Assembly: GCA_965222375.1 (NCBI GenBank)
Contig: CBDCTZ010000016.1
Span: 2,464,001 to 2,528,000 of the forward strand
Source of the DNA: Polyangiaceae bacterium
GTDB lineage: Bacteria > Myxococcota_A > Polyangia > Polyangiales > Polyangiaceae
Direction of reading: 5' to 3'
DNA: 64,000 nucleotides
Both the position numbers and the translations under genes were made by a program. Shown in pieces: positions 1 to 9,384 of the stretch (positions are counted from its first letter, which is position 1; each line of letters starts with the position of its first letter). The notes beneath the pieces are model-generated. The model was not told the origin of the DNA, searched no databases, and worked only from the letters and a program-made list of their open reading frames with translations.

Positions 1-14
1 GCGCTGTAGAACGT

Positions 15-2525
15 GTGACGCGGTTGACGCCGGACCTGGTTGTCCTCGATGACACCTTAGACGCCGTGCCGACGCTGAGGGAGCTCAGCACCGATCCCGC
101 TGCGGCAAGTAGCCCGGTGGTCGTGCTGACCGAAAAGGCCGCCCTGGCCGAACGCTTGCGCGCTTTCCGTCACGGCGCCGCGCTGGTCTTGCCTCTGGCG
201 GAGGATGTCGGCGCCCTGGCGCTCGAAATCGAACGCGCTGCCCGCGGAGCAGCAGGTCTCGAAGCTCACGAAGTCGTTGGCGCCGCGGGGGAAGCCACCC
301 TGGACGAGTTGGTGCAAACCCTGGAGAGCGAGCTGCGTACTGGCATTCTCTCCGTCTGGCCGAACGATGACACCGAGGCCACGGCAACGCGCTTGGTCCT
401 GGGAGGGGGGCGCCCGCTGACTGCCGCCATCGATTCCTTCGTGCGCACGGTGCGAGAAAACGTCGTATCCGCCGAACCGTTGCGCTACGAGTTCGAGCAG
501 TACGCCGGGGGCGAGGTCGAGGACGTCGTCGATTCGGACTTGGTTTGGGACGCGCCAACCGCCGAACTCTCCGGCCTGCGGGTCCTTCTGGCCGATGCGG
601 ACGCTCCCCGGGCAGACGCCGTCGCCATGGCGCTGCGAGACCAAGGAGTCGAAGTCTTCGTTGCGGATTTGGCGCCGCCGGAAGGCCGCTTTCGCCGGCT
701 GCGGGAGACAGATCCTGCCGCTATTCTCATCTCGCGTCATGACGCGGAAAGGACCGGATACGAGTTCATCCGTGAGGTGAGGCGGGATGTTCGACTGCGC
801 TGGGCAAATCTGCTGCTGGTGAACTGGGATGGGCTCTGGGATGACGCGTCCGGCGCATCCGTGGATACCCTCATTCCAGCACTCACACGCTTTCACGAGA
901 AAGAGGCGGAGCTGGTTTCGGCGGCCTCCAGTGCGGAGGGACTGAACACGCGAGTGGAGTTGCTCGGGCCCGCCCGTCTGCTGCGCGCTCTATGCCAGGT
1001 GCCGACGCTTCGCAGGGTCTCGGTCAGCTCGCGCCGAGTGCACGCTGAGTTGGACGTCGCGGGTGGCAAGGTCGTCGGTGCGGCCGCCAAGTTGCTGGAT
1101 TCCCAAGAGGCTGAACTGGAGGGTGCGGCGGCAGTGGCCGCGTTTCTGGTCATTGCCACGGGCAGTGTGCGTGTCGGCCCCTCCGAACAACCACTGGCCG
1201 AGACCGTTCAAGAGGCCGCATCCGCGGCCCTGCGGGTGGCCGAAGAGCAGCCCGAACGTCTGCAGCCATCGGTCTACGCGCCTCCGATCAGCGCACGCTT
1301 GCGCCGTCTCGCGCCCAAGAAGCCGGCGTCCGCGCCGCCCTCTGCTCCGCCTGCGACGTCGGTGTCGCGCACGGCGTCCACGACGCCTGCGCCGCCTGAC
1401 TCGCCCGCACCTCCGGCCGCCCCGCCTCCGCTGCCGCCTGTGCACGTGGATCCCGATCTCTCCGAGGATGACGTGGACGATCTTGTGGAAACCCTTGGCA
1501 CCTCTGCCGTGGTGGATCCCGGCGTGGACGCACCCGTCAAGTCGGAGCGAGCTGACGAGCGCGTGCTCGCGCCGTCCGCTCCGCCCCCCTTGCCGGGATC
1601 TCATCGGTCGCCCCTGAGTGACCCGAAACCGAAGTCGGTTCCGCCGCCGCTCAGCGCCCGTTCCGCTGGAGATAGTCCAACCGAGAGGCCCACCTCCGAG
1701 ACGAAGCGAGTGGAACCGCAGGAGGAGGCAGAGCCGGCTTCGAGCCTTGCATGGCTCTGGCTCGTGGCGGCTTTGGTCGTGGGCGGCATCGTCGTCTTTG
1801 CGTTTCGTTCTGGGCCCGACGAGCCGGCGCCAGAGGCCCCCACTGCCGCGCCGACCGAGACGGTCACTCCGGCCACAACGACTCCACCCGCCCGACCGAC
1901 GCCCGAGCCAGCGCCGGTTGCATTGAAGGTGCCCCAGCTGCCGCAGAAGAAGCTCTCCAGCTGTGACGAGCTGCTGAGCTCGGTTCCCGTACCGGAAGGT
2001 GTCTACCTCGGAGCCGCCCTGGCGAAACTCAAGCAGGCACGTGAAGCCTTGGGACGCAAGAGCCTGGATGAGGCTCGGCATCTTTTCTGTCACGCTCTGC
2101 GCTTTGATCCATCCAACGTCGCGGCCAGCACGGATCTGTCTCGCATGCTGGTGGACCTGCGTGACGGGGATCAGGCGCTTCAATGGGCCAAGAAGGCGAG
2201 TGCTGCTGCCGACGCACCCGTTACCGCCAAACTGACCTTGGCCGATGCTCAGGCGCTTGTCGGATCTTACGACGAAGCCGCCAAGACTCTTGCCGGGATT
2301 GCCTCTCCGGATGGCGGCCCCAATGCCAGTCAACAGCAGGCGACCGAGGCGCTGAAAAAGGATGAACCCCGGCTAGCCGAACGGCTCTTTGTGCGTATAC
2401 TCCTGCGTCGCCCCGACGATGGCGATGCGGCGCGGGGTGTCGCGACTGCTCTCGGCGCACAAGAGCTGCCCGAGGCCGAGGCGTGGCGGACCTACGCGGA
2501 CGCCCTGGATCGCCGCAAACGCTGA
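15..2525 (+). CDS. Multi-domain signalling protein: receiver-like domains, Pro-rich linker, TM helix, C-terminal TPR-like region (probably 5'-truncated)
   Basis: PDLVVLD and RVLLAD receiver-like segments; PPAPPAAPPP linker; hydrophobic WLWLVAALVVGGIVVFAF; frame is open to the window edge. Confidence 0.6.
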   Translation: MTRLTPDLVVLDDTLDAVPTLRELSTDPAAASSPVVVLTEKAALAERLRAFRHGAALVLPLAEDVGALALEIERAARGAAGLEAHEVVGAAGEATLDELVQTLESELRTGILSVWPNDDTEATATRLVLGGGRPLTAAIDSFVRTVRENVVSAEPLRYEFEQYAGGEVEDVVDSDLVWDAPTAELSGLRVLLADADAPRADAVAMALRDQGVEVFVADLAPPEGRFRRLRETDPAAILISRHDAERTGYEFIREVRRDVRLRWANLLLVNWDGLWDDASGASVDTLIPALTRFHEKEAELVSAASSAEGLNTRVELLGPARLLRALCQVPTLRRVSVSSRRVHAELDVAGGKVVGAAAKLLDSQEAELEGAAAVAAFLVIATGSVRVGPSEQPLAETVQEAASAALRVAEEQPERLQPSVYAPPISARLRRLAPKKPASAPPSAPPATSVSRTASTTPAPPDSPAPPAAPPPLPPVHVDPDLSEDDVDDLVETLGTSAVVDPGVDAPVKSERADERVLAPSAPPPLPGSHRSPLSDPKPKSVPPPLSARSAGDSPTERPTSETKRVEPQEEAEPASSLAWLWLVAALVVGGIVVFAFRSGPDEPAPEAPTAAPTETVTPATTTPPARPTPEPAPVALKVPQLPQKKLSSCDELLSSVPVPEGVYLGAALAKLKQAREALGRKSLDEARHLFCHALRFDPSNVAASTDLSRMLVDLRDGDQALQWAKKASAAADAPVTAKLTLADAQALVGSYDEAAKTLAGIASPDGGPNASQQQATEALKKDEPRLAERLFVRILLRRPDDGDAARGVATALGAQELPEAEAWRTYADALDRRKR

Positions 2526-2592
2526 AACGCTCCGCGGAAGGCATTTCGGCTGGTCGGGGTGACGGAAGGTCCCAAAGCGCTAGGTTCGACCC

Positions 2593-3201
2593 GTGACATC
2601 CACGCCCTTCCGCGACGAGCTAGCGCGTCGGCTAGATGGCTTCGAGCGTAGGCCGTTGCAGCTGGGGTCGCGGCGCGCAGCGTCGGTTGCCTTCGCGATC
2701 GTCACAACCCCCGAGCCCGGATTCCTGCTCACCCGCCGGCCGACGAATGCGCCCAGGCACCCAGGTCAGTTCGCCTTGCCCGGGGGTCGAGCGGAACTTG
2801 GAGAATCCCCCGGGGACACGGCGCGAAGGGAACTTCAGGAAGAACTCGGCGTCGCATTGCCCGAGTCCGCCCTGCTCGGCTGCCTCGACGACTACGCGAC
2901 CCGCTCCGGTTTCGTCATCACGCCTGCGGTCTTGTGGTGTGGTCCCGATCCGGCCGTGCAACCAGATCCAGGCGAAGTTGCGGAGGTGTACCGGGTGGCC
3001 TTGGAAGACCTCCGGGGCGACGACTTGGTACAAGAGCACGAGGCCACGGAGCCCGGGCGCCCCATCGTGTCCCTGGGCCTGGTGGGAACCCGTGTGTTCG
3101 CGCCTACGGCAGCGCTCATCCTGCAGTTTCGTGAGCTCGCTCTATTCGGGCGCACGCTGCGCGTGGCTCACTACGACCAGCCACGTTTCGCGTGGCAGTG
3201 A
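2593..3201 (+). CDS. Nudix hydrolase, CoA pyrophosphatase-like
   Basis: Nudix box GGRAELGESPGDTARRELQEELG preceded by LLTRR...HPGQFALPG. Confidence 0.85.
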   Translation: MTSTPFRDELARRLDGFERRPLQLGSRRAASVAFAIVTTPEPGFLLTRRPTNAPRHPGQFALPGGRAELGESPGDTARRELQEELGVALPESALLGCLDDYATRSGFVITPAVLWCGPDPAVQPDPGEVAEVYRVALEDLRGDDLVQEHEATEPGRPIVSLGLVGTRVFAPTAALILQFRELALFGRTLRVAHYDQPRFAWQ

Positions 3202-3209
3202 GCCCAGGC

Positions 3210-5543
3210 TCACATTTCGATCAACAAGAGGTGTCCGAGGCTGAAGCGACCGTCTCCGCCATCTCCGCGGACCTCAAGGGAGTTGAAGCCATGTCGTCGT
3301 GCGTCATCGGGCGTCGGGATCCGGTGCTGCGCAAGCCCGCCGCCATTCGCCCGAGGTTCGATCCGGCTCGTGGCGACTTCTTTTCCGTTCAGCAGGTAGC
3401 GCACTACGTAGATGTCGTTGTTGTCCACGGATAGATCCAGCCACGCAGCTCGTGCCTGCACCGGAAGCCGCACGATCAGCCCGCCCGTATCGAATAGGGC
3501 GTTGGTGGGGTGGTCCCAAAGGCTGTTTTCCTGCTTCACCTTGCCCAGCGCGGCCAGGGGAACGTCAGCCGGTGTGTTGGGCAGCCGGCAGCGCATCGTC
3601 GGCGTGTCATTGGTCTTCACGAGTGTCGCGTCGTACACCGGCTCGTTGCCGACGGACCCACGCAGTGCGAGCAGGATGTCCACCTTCATCTCACGTTCGA
3701 GCTCCAGCACCGCGCCCTCGCCACCCGTGCGCGTCGCGGCAGTGGACCCGCAGCGATAGCCTACCGTGAGCCGGGGCGACTCGGGGTTCACCTGAAGACG
3801 CCAGCGACCCGCTGGCAAGACGAGCGCTGGCACTTCGGCCAAGGTGTTGAGGCCAACATGCGCCACGAGGCGTTGCCCTAGGAGAGTGGCCTTGGAGCTG
3901 CCGCTGGCGAATAGATAACCTGGGATCTGCACGCGATCCGCGTGACGCCGCACGCCCAAGATCCCATCCTCACGCCGCATCCACCAATCGCCGGTGGCTC
4001 GGTTCCCCCGTTGGCCGACCACCCGCACGCGCTGATAGTGCTTGGCGAACTCCGGGGACCGTTGCATCTGCCTGCCCGAGAGAAAGGTCGGATTCCAAGC
4101 GCCCGCCGCATTATTGAACGCGATGATGTCGGGTTTGCGGCTGAGCACATACGCGCCATCCCCCAGCTCGTGCCCAATGCCGCCCAGACCAAAGTTGGGC
4201 GGAGGGTTTTCCGCAATGTGGATGTCGTTCAATCCCAGCATGTCGAGGCTCGGCAAGCCCGACCAATAAGGAAGCGCCCCGGCCGCATCGACCGCAAGGA
4301 GTGGCTTCGAGTGTCCGAAGGCGACACGCATCAAGTGACCCACGGAGTAGCCATCCCACTCCCAGCGCTCCTTGATCGCACGCTGGTTTTCTGAATCGAG
4401 CCCCTGAAAGTGAAAACTGGTGAGCAACGTCGGGATCGCCACCGCCGGCACCAACCAGCCACGCTGCCGCACCCTGTGCACCACTGCCTCGGCCCCCTCC
4501 GCGACCACCACGGCGAGGGCAATCAGCCCAAACAGCAGCTGGCGCCAGCCAGGGAAGATGTCGCCCCCGACTAGCGCCACGTACACGGACCACAAAACGA
4601 ACACCGTGGTCGGCACCAGCCAGCGCCCGCGGGGAACTCGGCCTTTGGCGACCAAGATCCCCAGCACCGCCAAGGCGACGATGGGCATCACCGGGGTGAG
4701 CCCTTGCCACACGTGATCGTAGCCCCGCTCCACCCGGTGCCAATTGAAGCTCACCTTGATTGCCGCGGTCTGCGGCACCCACTTACCATAGTACAACACC
4801 CGAAACGTCATCTGCCCGCACCAGGCCAACACCGGCAGCCCGAGTACTGCGACCAATCGCTTGATGTTGCTCCAAGATAGCCGAGCGGAGAGCAACATGC
4901 CCGCGGCGATGGCAGCGACGAGGATGGCGCCGTCCCCACGCAGCAAGACGAGGGCGGCCAGCAACACGCCAGCCACCAAATAGGCTCGGCGTTTCTTGGT
5001 TTGAGTCTCCAGCACGTGGCGCACGGCCACCAAGGCGGCCGCCAACACCCCCGCCATGAAGCCATGCTCCAGGGCGCCGATGGCCCACACCGCCAGGGGC
5101 GCACACAGCGCCAAGAACAGCCCGCCGCTCAAAAGCCGCAGCGGCTCGATCCGCAGTCGGCGCGCGGACAGCGCCACCATCGCGATGGCGACCCCGGCGC
5201 CAATGGCGTCCATGGTCCGCGCGGCCTCGATCATGTTGCGCCGGAAGAGTCGCCCGATGGACATCATCAGGACCCAGAGCAGATCCGTGTAGCCCTCGAC
5301 TCGCTGGCCGTCGGACCAGGTCAAGCCATGGCCGTCCGCGAGGCGCCGTGCGTAGACCAGCGAGATCATCGCGTCGTCGGATAGGAACGGCCAGTACTTG
5401 TGCGCGTGCCACGCAAGGATGGCATAGGCGGGCAGGAGCAGCAGCAGAGACCGCAGCAGGTCGCCGAGGGCGGCGCTCTGAGCCAGCTTTCGGTAGCCGC
5501 GGATCATCGCGCCGGAGAGTACGCGACCCTTGTGTCGATTCAA
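3210..5543 (-). CDS. Polytopic membrane GT-C-type glycosyltransferase-like protein with extracellular C-terminal domain
   Basis: DDAMISLVYARRLADGHGLTWSDGQRVEGYT motif, many TM segments, LDMLGLND motif; start uncertain. Confidence 0.65.
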   Translation of the reverse strand: MNRHKGRVLSGAMIRGYRKLAQSAALGDLLRSLLLLLPAYAILAWHAHKYWPFLSDDAMISLVYARRLADGHGLTWSDGQRVEGYTDLLWVLMMSIGRLFRRNMIEAARTMDAIGAGVAIAMVALSARRLRIEPLRLLSGGLFLALCAPLAVWAIGALEHGFMAGVLAAALVAVRHVLETQTKKRRAYLVAGVLLAALVLLRGDGAILVAAIAAGMLLSARLSWSNIKRLVAVLGLPVLAWCGQMTFRVLYYGKWVPQTAAIKVSFNWHRVERGYDHVWQGLTPVMPIVALAVLGILVAKGRVPRGRWLVPTTVFVLWSVYVALVGGDIFPGWRQLLFGLIALAVVVAEGAEAVVHRVRQRGWLVPAVAIPTLLTSFHFQGLDSENQRAIKERWEWDGYSVGHLMRVAFGHSKPLLAVDAAGALPYWSGLPSLDMLGLNDIHIAENPPPNFGLGGIGHELGDGAYVLSRKPDIIAFNNAAGAWNPTFLSGRQMQRSPEFAKHYQRVRVVGQRGNRATGDWWMRREDGILGVRRHADRVQIPGYLFASGSSKATLLGQRLVAHVGLNTLAEVPALVLPAGRWRLQVNPESPRLTVGYRCGSTAATRTGGEGAVLELEREMKVDILLALRGSVGNEPVYDATLVKTNDTPTMRCRLPNTPADVPLAALGKVKQENSLWDHPTNALFDTGGLIVRLPVQARAAWLDLSVDNNDIYVVRYLLNGKEVATSRIEPRANGGGLAQHRIPTPDDARRHGFNSLEVRGDGGDGRFSLGHLLLIEM

Positions 5544-5651
5544 GCGCCGTGTGGTCTGCCTTGTCGAGCCTCGGAAGCCCCGGGCCGAAGTCTGCCAAGC
5601 TGTGCCAATTTGTGCGCGGGCGACACCTTGCCCAGGGTCACAAGAAGCGAA

Positions 5652-5677
5652 CGGGGCGAGACATCTATCTCGCCCCG
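5652..5677 (-). terminator. GC-rich hairpin, possible terminator of the 5709-6992 gene
   Basis: cggggcgaga-catcta-tctcgccccg, 10-bp perfect stem; weak U-tract. Confidence 0.45.
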
Positions 5678-5708
5678 CTCTGATTGGGGAAACGCTACTT
5701 GGGCCTAA

Positions 5709-6992
5709 TTAAGGACGGAACTTGAAGTCAATCGTACCGCCATGGGCGGCATGGTTGATCTGGGTGTTGTCGAAGACGGCCACACCGAACTTGTAGACCT
5801 TCTTCAAGTCGTCGAACTGGACATCTTCAGCTGTGCCGGCCGTAGTGGTCAGCGCGCGCTTGATTTCCAGTGTCCACATGCCGTTGGCGTATTCAGCCTT
5901 GGTGCTCACATCGCCACGGCTACCCGCGAAGGCCGACGTGACCATACCAGCGACCTGATCTCCGGTCTTGAACGTGTCGACGAACTTCTGCTTCTCGCTG
6001 TCGAGGATCCAGAACACATCGTTGGCGACGAGCTCCTTGCCAGCCGGACCCATGAAGCACGGCAACGTGAGTGCGCCGGTCGGGTCACCTTCACACGCAG
6101 CAGCGAACTTGCCGAAGTTGTTGTCGATGTAGGCGCCCGGGCCCGTCTTGGTATCGCTCTTGCGACCGTTGCCAATCGTTGCCTGGTAGACGACATGCTT
6201 GTCATCCAACTGGCCGTTGGGCTCTGTGCGTACGGTCTTCCAGTGCCACATATCGGTAACCTCGCCCGGCTTGTTGTTGTACTTCTTGCCAGGGAAGGTC
6301 GGCGACGTGGGCGTGCTGTCCAAATGGCAACCTGCGAAGCAGCCGAGGGTCGCAAAGTCGGACGTGTTGACGTCCCACTGCACTGCGAACTTGTCTTCGT
6401 AGTACGTATTCTCGTGACCTGAGGAGTCCTTGTTCAAGAGCTGCTTCCAGCTATTGTCGGCTTGCTTCTCCCAGGGATAGCGCGCCAAGGATTTGGTGGG
6501 GTCGGCCCAAGTTGCCACGAAGTAAACGTCCGTCGTGGTGTAAACGCTCATCATCGTGACCTTGGTCTTGGTCAGGCCAGGATAGGACGGTGACGTCGGC
6601 GAACCGGACGGCGTGTACACTGAGTTAGCCGAAACTTCTTTTTCGAACTTAGGTAGGCAGCCCCAATCGTCGATCTTGCCATCGAGGGTCGGCGGCGTCG
6701 TCGTCAATACGGACTCCAATTCCGCACCCGAAGTGGGCTCGGTGCACGGTGCTCCCGAAGAGCCGCCTGCGCCACCCGTTGCGCCAGCCGTACCACCGGT
6801 TGCGCCAGCCGTACCACCGGTTGCGCCAGCCGTGCCACCGCCGCCGCTGCCCGAGGAACCGGCCATGCCAGCCGTGCCGCCCGTGCTGGGGTTCGCGGGG
6901 TCATCATCATCGCTGCCGCAACCACTCATCCCCGCCGCGCCGGCGAGTATCAAGGTGGCGCCCATGGTTGACAGGTTGAATAGTTTCGTCAT
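5709..6992 (-). CDS. Lipoprotein with ethylbenzene-dehydrogenase-related (EB_dh, DOMON-like) heme-binding domain
   Basis: MSGC lipobox, Gly-rich GGTAGAT repeats, WAD, YYEDKFAVQW, DMWHWK, WTLEIKRAL and FGVAVFDN motifs; CFAGCH. Confidence 0.7.
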   Translation of the reverse strand: MTKLFNLSTMGATLILAGAAGMSGCGSDDDDPANPSTGGTAGMAGSSGSGGGGTAGATGGTAGATGGTAGATGGAGGSSGAPCTEPTSGAELESVLTTTPPTLDGKIDDWGCLPKFEKEVSANSVYTPSGSPTSPSYPGLTKTKVTMMSVYTTTDVYFVATWADPTKSLARYPWEKQADNSWKQLLNKDSSGHENTYYEDKFAVQWDVNTSDFATLGCFAGCHLDSTPTSPTFPGKKYNNKPGEVTDMWHWKTVRTEPNGQLDDKHVVYQATIGNGRKSDTKTGPGAYIDNNFGKFAAACEGDPTGALTLPCFMGPAGKELVANDVFWILDSEKQKFVDTFKTGDQVAGMVTSAFAGSRGDVSTKAEYANGMWTLEIKRALTTTAGTAEDVQFDDLKKVYKFGVAVFDNTQINHAAHGGTIDFKFRP

Positions 6993-7320
6993 CACTCGTC
7001 TCGATTTCTCCCCCCGCGCCAAGGTAGGTTGGCTTGCCGCCAACGCATCGGGCGTGCCAACGCAAACCAACGGGGGTTTTGCGAATTCACATCCAACTTC
7101 CGCGCACATGCAGCGTCGGTGAATCTCAGCGTGCAGTTCGTGCGTGCCCGCAACCCTCGCGTCAAAACGATGATGCGCACTCCGTGCGCGTGTCGAAGGT
7201 TCTGAACGGGTCTGCGCTTGAAGACAACTCGTTGTCACAGTGCAACAACTTGACGAAGCGAAGGCGAAGTGGATCGAATTCGCAGTCCGCGCAGCATCGT
7301 GTCGAACTGCGACGCCGTGG

Positions 7321-8295
7321 CTAGTGTTTGAGCTGCGACGGCGTGTTGGGGTGTTGAACCAAGAGCCTGCGCAAGTGCGCCTGGCGCTTCACGAAAGGCT
7401 GCTTGAGCAGATGCGCGAGCAACTGCGGCGGGCACGCCGCAAAGCGCGCCAGATTCTGAATGAAGATGCTCGAATTGTAGGGGCGGCTGCAGAGCAGACT
7501 CGTCGTGCGCTGATCGAGCGTTTGCCCCGACAGTTGCACCAAGCACCGGCCCTCCGTCGACACGATCAAGTTGACCCGCTCCTCAGGCTGCGCCTGCGCG
7601 AACCGCGTTTTCAGCTGGGCGCGTACCCAGGTGCGGTTCTTGGAGGGCAATTCATGGTCGATGCTCGCCTTGAACACGTCGCGAAGCGGCCTCTGCCCCA
7701 GCAAACGCCGCAAGATGCTCTCGCTGGCCTGCCCGTTCTGCAGTAGCGCTCGCTGTACCTGTGGGTCACGCAAGAACTGAGCGCGCTTGACGATCATCTC
7801 GAGGCCCGCGGATGTGCCGTGGTGTCGTGCCGCCATGCGCGCATGAGCGAGCCCCGCCGAGGAGTTATCGAAGACCGCATTGATCACCTGCGGCTCCGGG
7901 TCGAGACACAACGCGAGCAACCGCGCTGCACCAACGTGCCTCGCCTGTGCCATCCGCTCGTCTCGTGAAAGTGGCTTGAGCTCGAGCTCGTAAACTTGCC
8001 GCACGTTCTGCGAATTGTGCGCGAGCTGTTCCAATTCCGGGCTCACCGCGTCGTCGCCGGCCAGCGCGGCAACGCTTTCCGCCGCGTCAACGCTTTCTCC
8101 TTGCGTAGAGTCGCCGCCCTGCTGCGTCAAGGTTCCATCTTGTTCTGAGCCATCCTCGAGCGGTGGTGGAGGCTCCGATCCGTCCGGCATCTCGATGACG
8201 CGGGCCTTGGGCAGCTCTTCCGGTGCCTCCTCCTCGGAGAGAAAGAACTCCGGTCCGAGCACCAAAGGTTCGTCGTCATCCCCGGGTTGCGTCAC
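7321..8295 (-). CDS. Hypothetical protein, acidic N-terminus and helical-repeat C-terminus
   Basis: 324-aa ORF with protein-like composition. Confidence 0.55.
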   Translation of the reverse strand: MTQPGDDDEPLVLGPEFFLSEEEAPEELPKARVIEMPDGSEPPPPLEDGSEQDGTLTQQGGDSTQGESVDAAESVAALAGDDAVSPELEQLAHNSQNVRQVYELELKPLSRDERMAQARHVGAARLLALCLDPEPQVINAVFDNSSAGLAHARMAARHHGTSAGLEMIVKRAQFLRDPQVQRALLQNGQASESILRRLLGQRPLRDVFKASIDHELPSKNRTWVRAQLKTRFAQAQPEERVNLIVSTEGRCLVQLSGQTLDQRTTSLLCSRPYNSSIFIQNLARFAACPPQLLAHLLKQPFVKRQAHLRRLLVQHPNTPSQLKH

Positions 8296-8519
8296 CTGCT
8301 CCAGCCTAACCCCACGTAAGCAGCCCAGCCAAGGGCGGCTCCAAGTATTCGCCCCGCCGACCCCTGCATTTCCCTTTCATTGGTTGGGGTCGTATCAATT
8401 GGGGCGCCCCGGGCCACTACTCCCGCCTCGGGCCAAGCGTGCCCGCCACCGCCAAGCTCCAGGATGCCCCACAAAGCAGCCATTCACACCCCCGCGTGCT
8501 GTCGACTATCCTCGGCAGC

Positions 8520-9257
8520 ATGAACTTTCCGCCCGCGCTACCTCATGGCTCTCTCAGGGAGCTATTCAAAGACGTGTTCTTCGTTACGGGCACCGTGAAG
8601 ATGAACATGCCCCTCGGCCCGGCCTTCAGTCGCAACATGACCGTGGTCCGACAGGGCGGCAGTCTGACCCTCATCGGCTCCATGCGCCTGAACGGCGGAG
8701 GGCTCGCCGAGCTGGACAAGCTCGGCAAAGTCGAGCACGTGATCCGGATCGCGGGATTTCACGGTATGGACGACCCCTTCTACCAAGATCGCTACGGCGC
8801 GAAGATCTGGGCGCTCGAAGGCAGCAGCTACGCCAAGAACTTCGATGCCACCAAGCCAAACGCCGAGGCGTACTTCCAGCCGGACGTGTGGATGACCAAG
8901 GACACCGAGTTGCCGATCTCCGACGCCAAGCTTTTCGTCTTCGAATCCTCCAAGCCGCGCGAGGGGTTGGTTGTTCTAGAACGCGAAGGCGGCATCGTCG
9001 TATCCGGCGATGCCCTGCAGAATTGGGACAGCCCCGACGAGTACTTCAACCTGCCCGCCAAGATCATGATGAGGCTGATGGGCTTCTTCAAGCCCTGCAA
9101 CATCGGTCCCGGCTGGCTCAAAGCAGCCAAGCCCGATCTGGGCGAGCTGCGCAGTGTCCTCGACCTGAACTTCGCCAACGTACTGCCCGTGCATGGCAAA
9201 GAAGTTCTGGGCGATGCTCTCAATCGCTACCGCCCAGCCATCAACCGCGTATCGTAA
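8520..9257 (+). CDS. Metallo-beta-lactamase-fold-like hypothetical protein (DUF4336-like)
   Basis: RNMTVVR, FHGMDD, VSGDALQN and VLPVHG motifs. Confidence 0.6.
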   Translation: MNFPPALPHGSLRELFKDVFFVTGTVKMNMPLGPAFSRNMTVVRQGGSLTLIGSMRLNGGGLAELDKLGKVEHVIRIAGFHGMDDPFYQDRYGAKIWALEGSSYAKNFDATKPNAEAYFQPDVWMTKDTELPISDAKLFVFESSKPREGLVVLEREGGIVVSGDALQNWDSPDEYFNLPAKIMMRLMGFFKPCNIGPGWLKAAKPDLGELRSVLDLNFANVLPVHGKEVLGDALNRYRPAINRVS

Positions 9258-9384
9258 CCGTCGGCCCGAAAACTTCACCATCCAAGCGCGCCGAGCTGGA
9301 AGTCGAGCAGCTCGATGCGTGGTGGCGTGGGAACCGACCCGCGGCACCGGAGGTGCCCCTCGTGCGAAACGACCGTCGCGCTCT

